From assembly GCA_041488235.1 (NCBI GenBank), contig JBGPOW010000002.1, positions 1-62,896 of the forward strand: 62,896 nucleotides of DNA. Reading direction: 5' to 3'. Made by a program: the position numbers and the translations under genes. The notes under the pieces were generated by a model. That model searched no databases and was not told the origin of the DNA. It was given only the letters and a program-made list of their open reading frames with translations. Positions 19,354 to 26,604 of this stretch are shown piece after piece. Position 1 is the first letter of the stretch; every line of letters begins with the position of its first letter. This stretch comes from Candidatus Binatia bacterium. Lineage in GTDB: Bacteria; Desulfobacterota; Binatia; UTPRO1.

Positions 19354-20202
19354 TCACCTCGTCCGGAGGAAGTCGCGGATCTTCGTCGCCACGAGCGCGC
19401 CGTCGTCCTCTTGGAGAAAATGCCCGAGCCCCGGCAGAATCTCGAGGACCGAGCCGGCGATCTCGCGCGAGAAGCGGACGCCGCCGCCGGGCGGCGCGAA
19501 GCGGTCGTCGGCGCCCCAGAGGATGAGCGTCGGCGGTGCCAGGGCGCCCAGTCGGCCGCGATACGGCTCGAGCTTCTCGAAGTCGCCGGATCGATAGAGC
19601 GCCAGCTTGGCGGCGCGGCGCTCTTGTGTGGCGAGGCCTTTCCAGTACTCGTGGAGGGCGTCGTCGGGCAGTTGCGGCGCGACGAGGCGCAAGCCCGCCG
19701 CGAATCCTTCGTAGGTCATCACGTCTATGAGCGTCTCGCCGTCGCCTGCGGTGCGCATCGTCTTCGCGAAGGCGTGCCAGCGGCCGTCGGGGAAGAAGCC
19801 GGTGTCGGTGATGACGAGACGGTGGAGACGCGTTGGGACGTCGCACGCCCAGCGGAGGCCGATGAGGCCGCCCCAGTCGTGCACCAGCAGATCGACGCGG
19901 CCGAGGTCGAGCGCGGTCGCGAAGCGTTCGAGGAACTCGATCTGTTCCTCCCAGGTGCCGCGCGAGGCGCCGAGCTCGGAGTCGCCGAAGCCCGGCAAGT
20001 CGGGCGCAATCACCGTCGCGACCTCGCCGACGACGGGCGCGATGCGACGCCAGAGATACGACGACGTCGGGTACCCGTGGACGCAGAGCAACGCCGGTCC
20101 CGACCCGGCGCGGCGATACGCGATACGCGCGCCGTCGACGGTGACGGTGTGCATGGGGAAGGGCGCGTCGTCGCCGCTCTGCTGCGGGGAGGGCGTGTCC
20201 AT
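19354..20202 (-). CDS. alpha/beta hydrolase (haloalkane-dehalogenase/epoxide-hydrolase-like)
   Basis: VHGYPTSSYLWR, nucleophile elbow VHDWGG, and a C-terminal GHFLQED. The ATG overlaps the eutC stop (ATGA). Confidence 0.85.
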   Translation of the reverse strand: MDTPSPQQSGDDAPFPMHTVTVDGARIAYRRAGSGPALLCVHGYPTSSYLWRRIAPVVGEVATVIAPDLPGFGDSELGASRGTWEEQIEFLERFATALDLGRVDLLVHDWGGLIGLRWACDVPTRLHRLVITDTGFFPDGRWHAFAKTMRTAGDGETLIDVMTYEGFAAGLRLVAPQLPDDALHEYWKGLATQERRAAKLALYRSGDFEKLEPYRGRLGALAPPTLILWGADDRFAPPGGGVRFSREIAGSVLEILPGLGHFLQEDDGALVATKIRDFLRTR

Positions 20203-20945
20203 CAGCGCGTCGTCTCGCCGGCGGCGCCCCGTGCCGCGGCGAGTGCTGCGCCGCTCGCACCGTGACGCAGGATCTCCTCGATCAGATCCGCGAGGCGCCG
20301 CGCCGCGACCGCGGGCGCGATGCCGCCGCGGTGGATGTTGGAGACGACCGTTCGATCCGGCTCGGCCGAGCGTTGCGACGGACGGTAGATCACGTACGCC
20401 GAGAGGCTCTCGGCGGTGACGAGCCCCGGGCGCTCGCCGACGATGAAGCAGAACACCTCCGGCTTCAGCACGGCGCCGATCTCGTCCTGCACGCGCACGC
20501 GTCCGTTGCGAACGAAGAGCGGCGTGCCGAGCCGCCGACCGCGGCGGCGCAGCTCGCGCGTGAGCGCCGTCAACACCGCGGCGCCGTTCGTCACGATCGC
20601 CGCCGACGAGAGGCCGTCGGTGAGCGCGAGCTGCACCTCGGGCGCTCGCCGGCAGCGGCGCAGGCGCGCGAGCGCGCTGCGGCCGAGCTCGCGTCCGAGC
20701 GCGGGCACGCGTACGTAGTCCGGCCGCGACTCGGCGCGTGTCGCGATCTCCACCAGGCCGAGCCGCCGGACGAGCGACACCGGCACCTCGCTGGTGACGG
20801 CGTCGCGAGCACGCGCGTGATCCGCGAGCAGAGCGAGCCACGTTTTGGTACGCAGCCGCGGGCCGGCGCGGCCGATCGCGAGCCGCGCCGGCGTTGCGGC
20901 GAGCAGGCGTGCGAGCGACGGCGGTGCGGCAGCGGACGTCGTCAT
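20202..20945 (-). CDS. eutC: ethanolamine ammonia-lyase small subunit
   Basis: 247 aa immediately after eutB with an ATGA overlap. Conserved EutC-like stretches: ARLAIGRAGPR, VQLALTDGLSS, IVGERPGL. Confidence 0.85.
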   Translation of the reverse strand: MTTSAAAPPSLARLLAATPARLAIGRAGPRLRTKTWLALLADHARARDAVTSEVPVSLVRRLGLVEIATRAESRPDYVRVPALGRELGRSALARLRRCRRAPEVQLALTDGLSSAAIVTNGAAVLTALTRELRRRGRRLGTPLFVRNGRVRVQDEIGAVLKPEVFCFIVGERPGLVTAESLSAYVIYRPSQRSAEPDRTVVSNIHRGGIAPAVAARRLADLIEEILRHGASGAALAAARGAAGETTR

Positions 20946-22369
20946 GCGGTGAAGACAGCGGGATCGCCGGCGCGCGCCGTGAGACGTCCGTCCTGCATGA
21001 GACCGAGTCCCGTCAGCCACTCCTCGAACTCCGGCGCCGGACGCAGCCCGAGAAGCTGCCGCAAGGTCGCGCCGTCGTGGTAGCTCGTACATTGGTAGCT
21101 CAGCATGACGTCGTCGCCCGCCGGGACGCCCATGAAGTAATTGCAGCCGGCGACCGCGAGCATCGTCGCGAGCGTGTCGCAGTCGTTTTGATCGGCGTCG
21201 GCATGGTTGGTGTAACAGGCATCGGCGCCGAGCGGCACCCCGAGGAGCTTCCCCATGAAGTGATCCTCGAGGCCGGCGCGGACGATCTGCCGCCCGTCGG
21301 CGAGGTACTCGGGACCGATGAACCCGACGACGGTATTCACGAGGAACGGGTCGTAGCGCCGCGCGAGACCGTAGCAGCGCGCCTCGAGCGTCATCTGGTC
21401 GGCGCCGCCGTGTGCGCCGGCCGAGAGCTCGGATCCCTGGCCGGTCTCGAAGTACATGCGGTGCGGTGCCCGCAACGTCCCGCGCTCGTGAATCATCGCC
21501 CGCGCCTCGTCGAGCATCGTGACCGTGATGCCGAAGCTCGTGTTGCCGGCCTCGGTGCCGGCGAGGCTCTGGAAGAGGATGTCCATCGGCGCGCCGGCTT
21601 CGAGCGCGCGCATCTGCGTCGTCACGTGCGCGAGGACGCAGTTCTGCGTCGGGATCCGCCAACGCTCGATGACGTCGGCCGTCAGGCGCAGCAGCGCGAC
21701 GACGTTCTCCACGGTATCGATGCAGGGATTGATGCCGATCAGCGCGTCCCCGGCGCCGTACGCGAGGCCTTCGTAGATCGCGGCGGTGATCCCCAGCGGG
21801 TCGTCGGCGGGGTGGTTCGGTTGCAAGCGCGAGCTGAGACGCCCGGGGAGGCCGACCGTCGTCCGCGCCTGCGTGCGCACCGGCATCTTGCGGGCGCCGT
21901 AGACGAGGTCGAGGTTCGAGCACAGCTTCGCGACCGCCGCCGCCATCTCGGCGGTGAGGCCGCGGCTCGTGGCGCGAATCGCCTCCGGCGCCGTCGCGTC
22001 GTCGAGCAGCCAGTCGCGCAGCTCGCCGACGCTCCAGCCGCGGATCTCGCGGTAGGTGCGCTCCTCGATGCCGGCGTCGATGACGCGGCTCACCTCGTCG
22101 TCGTCGAGCGGCACGACGGGATGCGCGCGCAGATCCTCGAGCGTCAGCTCCGCGAGGACGCGCTTTGCGGCGGCGCGCTCGAGATGCGAGCGAGCGCCGA
22201 TCCCGGCGAGCGCGTCGCCCGACTTCGGCTCGTTGGCGCGCGCGAGCACCTCACGCACCGAGGCGAAGCGATACGAGCGCCCGTGGACGCGCGCCGTGAG
22301 CCTCACGTGTGTCGCCGGCGTGACATTTCGAGGGTCCGGCGGCGCTGCCGCGCGGGTCGCGTCGTGCAC
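20942..22369 (-). CDS. eutB: ethanolamine ammonia-lyase large subunit
   Basis: 475 aa with hallmark EutB stretches: YRFASVREVLARANEPKSGD, RLQPNHPADD, GINPC, YFETGQGSELS, MLSYQ. Confidence 0.92.
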   Translation of the reverse strand: MHDATRAAAPPDPRNVTPATHVRLTARVHGRSYRFASVREVLARANEPKSGDALAGIGARSHLERAAAKRVLAELTLEDLRAHPVVPLDDDEVSRVIDAGIEERTYREIRGWSVGELRDWLLDDATAPEAIRATSRGLTAEMAAAVAKLCSNLDLVYGARKMPVRTQARTTVGLPGRLSSRLQPNHPADDPLGITAAIYEGLAYGAGDALIGINPCIDTVENVVALLRLTADVIERWRIPTQNCVLAHVTTQMRALEAGAPMDILFQSLAGTEAGNTSFGITVTMLDEARAMIHERGTLRAPHRMYFETGQGSELSAGAHGGADQMTLEARCYGLARRYDPFLVNTVVGFIGPEYLADGRQIVRAGLEDHFMGKLLGVPLGADACYTNHADADQNDCDTLATMLAVAGCNYFMGVPAGDDVMLSYQCTSYHDGATLRQLLGLRPAPEFEEWLTGLGLMQDGRLTARAGDPAVFTA

Positions 22370-22397
22370 GCGGACATGGTGAGCTGTGGTTAGCGGA

Positions 22398-23009
22398 TCA
22401 GGAGTGGGGCGACAATCCGGTCGCGGCGAGAATCACGCTGGGCTCGAGCCACACGCGCGGGTCGCGCCGCACGTCACGCAGCACGACGCGGCCGGCGGCG
22501 TCGAGGACGAAGGTCGCCGGCAGGGCGACGGGCGCGTTTTCCGGACCCGGCACCCCGATGCCGAGCTGCTCGGTCAGCCCTGCGGCGTCGACGAGAAAGT
22601 ACGCGGGTATCGCGTGCTCGCGAGCAAAGCGCCGGCTCCGCGGCGTCGCCGCGCCGGCGGTCAGGATGACCGCGAGTGTGACGTCGCGGCGGCCGCCGAA
22701 GGCATCGGCGAGATCGAGGACGCGAGCCTTCGTCGGCGCCGACCAGTCGAGGCTCGGTACGAACAGCAGCACGGCGGGATGCCCGGCGAGATCGCCGAGG
22801 GCGATCCGCGTACCGCTCAGGTCGGGCAGCGTGAAGGTCGGAAACGTCTCGCCGACGCGCGGTCCCGCGTCGGGACGCTCGTCGCGCACGCCCGCCTCGG
22901 CGCGGTAGCAGCCGCCGATGCGGACCGCGACGGCGAGCAGATAGCAGCAGAGGAGCGTGGCGCCGATCTTCCCGGCGACGAGCGGACGTGCGGCGGTGGT
23001 CTCGGTCAC
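22398..23009 (-). CDS. membrane-anchored redoxin/AhpC-TSA (TlpA-like) fold protein
   Basis: N-terminal TM helix, then FPTFTLPDLSG..IALGDLAGHPAVLLF. The active-site position reads VPSLDWSAP rather than a C-x-x-C. GTG 23009 overlaps the upstream gene stop; the long upstream part of the track ORF is shadow sequence. Confidence 0.7.
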   Translation of the reverse strand: MTETTAARPLVAGKIGATLLCCYLLAVAVRIGGCYRAEAGVRDERPDAGPRVGETFPTFTLPDLSGTRIALGDLAGHPAVLLFVPSLDWSAPTKARVLDLADAFGGRRDVTLAVILTAGAATPRSRRFAREHAIPAYFLVDAAGLTEQLGIGVPGPENAPVALPATFVLDAAGRVVLRDVRRDPRVWLEPSVILAATGLSPHS

Positions 23010-23461
23010 GCGGCATCCTCCCGCGAGCGCTCCACGACGCGAGGGTCGTCGAGGCGCGGCGGCTTCAGCCACACGAATCCGAGAGCCACGATCGCAAGCA
23101 CGCCCGCTTCGACGCGCAGCTGATCCGCGGCGAGCCGGTACTCGCCGGAGTACCAGGCGAGCAGACGCAGGATGCTCGCGAGCACGAGCGCCGCGGCGGT
23201 CGCGGTGCCGACCCCCGAGGCGCCGACCGGATCGCGCACGGCGGCGACGAGGCAGCCGCCCCAGGCGACGAGCGCCGAGCCCGCGAACGCGAGGACGTAG
23301 TACCCCCAATAGTCGGTGGCGAAGAGCGGTCGCGCGAAGAGCTGGAAGAGGGCGCGATCGAAAAACGCCACCACGCACACGAGACCGACGAGGAAGCAGA
23401 CGCCGGCAGCAGTCGCCGCGAGAAGCCGGTACGCGAGGTACGAGCGCGTGGGCGAAGGCAC
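23006..23461 (-). CDS. small polytopic membrane protein, unknown family
   Basis: 151 aa with about 4 hydrophobic helices and normal (not Arg/Pro-skewed) composition. Translationally coupled to the redoxin gene. Confidence 0.55.
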   Translation of the reverse strand: MPSPTRSYLAYRLLAATAAGVCFLVGLVCVVAFFDRALFQLFARPLFATDYWGYYVLAFAGSALVAWGGCLVAAVRDPVGASGVGTATAAALVLASILRLLAWYSGEYRLAADQLRVEAGVLAIVALGFVWLKPPRLDDPRVVERSREDAA

Positions 23462-23591
23462 GCCGCGTCCTCGCAGGCGACCGGCGGGTTGTCAATTCGT
23501 GACGGCCGCGACGCGCGAAGCTGGCGACAGCGGAGGCCGCGTTGTAAGAGGATCGCCCGCAGCTGGAGATCGCGCCGCCCTCCGCCCCGGG

Positions 23592-23668
23592 GGAGCAGCG
23601 CGAATTCACTTCGCGCTGCGACGCCCATCGGAGCACGGCGCGCGGAGCGCGCCGCGCGCACGGGGGCG
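23592..23668 (+). repeat. double-hairpin element, copy A (partner at 38121-38196)
   Basis: GGAGCA + 10-bp stem/TTCAC loop (23595-23619) + invariant GACGCCCATCGGAGCA + 8-bp stem/3-nt loop (23636-23654) + GCGCACGGGGGCG. Lies 20 nt upstream of the oxidoreductase ATG. Confidence 0.75.
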
Positions 23669-23687
23669 TAATGGAGGTGCAGCACGC

Positions 23688-24704
23688 ATGCGATCGGTGT
23701 GGATACCGCGAATCGGCCCGCCGGAGGTCCTCGAGGTCCGTGAGATTCCCGATCCGCACCCGCGTTCGGGCGAGGTGCGGGTGCGCGTACGCGCGTCGGG
23801 CGTCAACTTCGCCGACTGCATGGCGCGCATGGGCCTCTATCCCGACGCGCCGAAGCTGCCGTGTGTCGTCGGCTACGAGGTCGCGGGGACGATCGACGAG
23901 ATCGGCGACGGTGTCGACGGTCTGACGGCGGGAATGTCGGTCATCGCGCTCACGCGCTTCAACGGCTACGCCGAGCTCGTCGTCGTGCCGGCCGGCCAGG
24001 TGGTGCCGCTTCCCGACGGAATGACCTTCGAGCAAGGCGCGGCGTTGCCGGTGAACTACCTGACCGCGATTCTGATGCTGGAGGACATGGGGCACGTGAA
24101 CCGGGGCGAGCGCGTGCTGGTGCACGGCGCCGCTGGCGGCGTCGGCCTCGCGGCCGTGCAACTGGCGCGCATCCACGACGCCGAGGTCATCGGCACCGCG
24201 TCGGCGAGCAAGCATGCGGCGCTGCGTGACGCGGGGGTGGCGCACACGATCGACTATCGCACGGCCGACTTCGAGGTCGAGGTGCGGCGGTTGACCGGCG
24301 GGCGCGGCGTCGACGTGGTGCTCGACCCGATCGGCGGCGAGAACCTGCGGCGCAGCTACCGGTCGCTGGCGCCGCTCGGCCGCTTGGTGGCGTTCGGCTT
24401 CTCGGCGAGCGCCCCGGGTACGTCGCGCAGCATCCCCACGGCTCTCTGGCAGCTCCTGCGCATGCCGCGCTTCAGCCCGATCACGCTGATGAACGACAAC
24501 CGCGTCGTCATGGGCGTCAATCTCGGCCACCTCTGGGGCGAGCCGGCGCTCCTACGCCGCGGCCTCACGCGCCTCCTCGACTACTTCCGTGCCGGCAAGA
24601 TCAATCCAACCGTCGGGAAGACGTTCCCGCTCACCGACGCCGCGGCGGCCCACGCGTACATCCAGGGACGGCAGAACGTCGGCAAGGTGGTGCTCACGGT
24701 ATGA
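23688..24704 (+). CDS. zinc-type alcohol dehydrogenase/quinone oxidoreductase (MDR superfamily, VAT-1-like)
   Basis: GPPEVLEV...SGVNFAD...GYEVAGTI...VHGAAGGVGLAAVQLA (Rossmann)...GKVVLT at the C-terminus. SD GGAGGTG lies 8 nt before ATG 23688. Confidence 0.9.
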   Translation: MRSVWIPRIGPPEVLEVREIPDPHPRSGEVRVRVRASGVNFADCMARMGLYPDAPKLPCVVGYEVAGTIDEIGDGVDGLTAGMSVIALTRFNGYAELVVVPAGQVVPLPDGMTFEQGAALPVNYLTAILMLEDMGHVNRGERVLVHGAAGGVGLAAVQLARIHDAEVIGTASASKHAALRDAGVAHTIDYRTADFEVEVRRLTGGRGVDVVLDPIGGENLRRSYRSLAPLGRLVAFGFSASAPGTSRSIPTALWQLLRMPRFSPITLMNDNRVVMGVNLGHLWGEPALLRRGLTRLLDYFRAGKINPTVGKTFPLTDAAAAHAYIQGRQNVGKVVLTV

Positions 24705-25186
24705 CGGCGGCGCGACGGTGCACCGCCGGCTGTCTGAGCGGCGACAGTCTCATCGAGACCGTCGACGGCCCGCTCACGCTCCCATCGCTCGTCGGCAAGC
24801 CGATGCCCGTCTTGACGCGCCTTCCGGATCACCGCATCGGGTTCCGCCTCATGACGAAGATCGCCTGCACAGCGACCGGCGTCGCGGTGATGCGCGTCAC
24901 GTTCGACAACGGCCAAGCCGTCACCGTCGACCGCGGCCACGTGTTCTACGCGCAGGGCATGGTCGAGCGGCCGGTCGAGTCGCTCACGATCGGCGAGATG
25001 CTCGACACGAGCTTCCATTTTCCCGCCGGCTACGAGTTCCGCCGCGTCGACGGCGGCGCGGAGATCTCGGCGGGTGCGCTTCGCGTCCAGGCAATCGCCG
25101 ATGCCGGCACGGCCGACGTCTTCACCGGCATCGTCAACGAGACCGGCTGTTACTTCGCGACCGCCGGCGTGCTGTGCAGGGCGTGA
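24701..25186 (+). CDS. free-standing Hint (intein / bacterial intein-like) domain protein
   Basis: Block-A-like CLSGDSLIETVDG at residues 11-23, block-B-like AVTVDRGHVFY, and block F/G-like DVFTGIVNETGCYFATAGVLCRA at the extreme C-terminus. No recognisable extein. The ATG overlaps the oxidoreductase stop (ATGA). Confidence 0.65.
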   Translation: MTAARRCTAGCLSGDSLIETVDGPLTLPSLVGKPMPVLTRLPDHRIGFRLMTKIACTATGVAVMRVTFDNGQAVTVDRGHVFYAQGMVERPVESLTIGEMLDTSFHFPAGYEFRRVDGGAEISAGALRVQAIADAGTADVFTGIVNETGCYFATAGVLCRA

Positions 25187-25187
25187 C

Positions 25188-25871
25188 ATGGAAACGACAC
25201 TCTTGATCGGTGGCTTTTGGGCCGCGTTCGCCGGTACCCACGTCTGGTTGTCGTCGGCGCGCACGCGCATGGCGCTGATCGAGCGCGTCGGGCCGCAGCC
25301 GTTTCAAGGGATCTACTCGCTCGTCGCGCTCGCGACGTTCGTGCCGCTGGTGTGGATCTTCGCCCGCCACAAGCACGCGGGACCGCTCCTCTGGATGACG
25401 CTCGGGCCGCCGACGATCGCCCGCGCCGTCAACTACGTGCTGATGGCGGTGGCGCTGATCCTCTTCGTCGCCTCGCTGCTGCCGTCGTCGACGCCGCCGA
25501 GCTCGATGCTGGCCCACGGCGCCGCGGCGCCGCACGGCATGCTGCGTATCACCCGCCATCCGATGCTCGCGGGGTTCGGCGTCTTCGGCATCGCGCACCT
25601 GCTGATGAACGGGACGCTCGGCGACGTGCTCTTCTTCGGCGGCTTCCCGCTGTTCGCGTGGATCGGCGGGCGCCACCAAGATTCGCGTAAGCTACAGACG
25701 GTCCCCGGCTACGAGACGTTTCTCGCGACGACCTCGATCGTCCCGTTCGCCGCGATTCTCGCCGGCCGCCAGCGCTTCGTCGCGCGCGAGCTACCGATCG
25801 CGGCGCTCGCGGTCGGACTCGTCGCGACCGTCCTACTGCGGACGTATCACCGCCAAATCTTCGGTCCCTGA
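25188..25871 (+). CDS. NnrU family membrane protein
   Basis: 227 aa, multi-TM. Contains ITRHPML...GIAHLL.NG and WIGGRHQD, characteristic of NnrU/DUF2214-type proteins. Confidence 0.75.
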   Translation: METTLLIGGFWAAFAGTHVWLSSARTRMALIERVGPQPFQGIYSLVALATFVPLVWIFARHKHAGPLLWMTLGPPTIARAVNYVLMAVALILFVASLLPSSTPPSSMLAHGAAAPHGMLRITRHPMLAGFGVFGIAHLLMNGTLGDVLFFGGFPLFAWIGGRHQDSRKLQTVPGYETFLATTSIVPFAAILAGRQRFVARELPIAALAVGLVATVLLRTYHRQIFGP

Positions 25872-25912
25872 GCCGTGCTCGCGGCGGCGATGGGTCGCCG
25901 CCGCGACACGCT

Positions 25913-26566
25913 TCAGGGCGCGTGGTGGCCGGGCTTCGTCGGCGGCCAGAGTTCGGGCGCGAGCGACTCGTCGACGTCCGGTGCGGGTGGCGGTGCCGGC
26001 GGCGGCGCGGCGACTTCCGGTCCATGCTCGCAGGGCGCGTCGCCGTGGCACGGCGCGCCACCCTTGCACGGCCCGCCATGCTCGCGGCAGTGCTTGCAGC
26101 CGTGGCGACACTCGTCGCAGGGTCGACTGTCGCCGTGCCGGCAGCCGTGGTCGTGCCACATCGCGTGTACAGGGACGCGGACGAGCGTGACGACGCGCGT
26201 CCCGCGCGGCGACTCGAGACGCAACTCGACGGGAGCGTCGGCCGGACCGCGAATGAGACGCGCCGCCTCGGGAATCGTCATGCCGCGCGTGGACTCGCCG
26301 TCGATCGCCCGAATGCGGTCGCCCGGTTGGACATCGGCTTGGTCGGCGGGGCCTCCGGGAAGCACGTGCGCGACGACGAGCGGGCCGTGCCCCGATTCGC
26401 CGCGGCGCGCGATCGCGATGCCGATGACGCCGAACCGGCTTTCATGGTCACGGTGGTGGTAGCCATGATGCGGGTGATGCCCGTGACCCTCGTACATGTA
26501 CGCGGTGCACGACGGCAGGGTCAGTATGGCGATGGCGACCGTGAGGCTCTTCAGCAACGTTCGCAT
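25913..26566 (-). CDS. lipoprotein with central PDZ domain, His-rich N-terminal and Cys/His-rich C-terminal tails
   Basis: Signal peptide plus lipobox (AILTLPSC), then YEGHGHHPHHGYHHRDHE, a PDZ core (GGPADQADVQPGDRIRAIDG), and 8 Cys with about 10 His in HDHGCRHGDSRPCDECRHGCKHCREHGGPCKGGAPCHGDAPCEHG. Confidence 0.75.
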   Translation of the reverse strand: MRTLLKSLTVAIAILTLPSCTAYMYEGHGHHPHHGYHHRDHESRFGVIGIAIARRGESGHGPLVVAHVLPGGPADQADVQPGDRIRAIDGESTRGMTIPEAARLIRGPADAPVELRLESPRGTRVVTLVRVPVHAMWHDHGCRHGDSRPCDECRHGCKHCREHGGPCKGGAPCHGDAPCEHGPEVAAPPPAPPPAPDVDESLAPELWPPTKPGHHAP

Positions 26567-26604
26567 GGCTGTCCTCCTCGTCCAAGCGGGGTGTTACGGG
26601 GACG

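Noticed and set aside
23671-23925. 84-aa ORF starting at the ATG right after double-hairpin copy A, the position equivalent to the real ATG after copy B
   Set aside because: The translation is Arg/Ser/Cys-rich with no features and is out of frame with the well-supported oxidoreductase, which starts at 23688 with its own SD.
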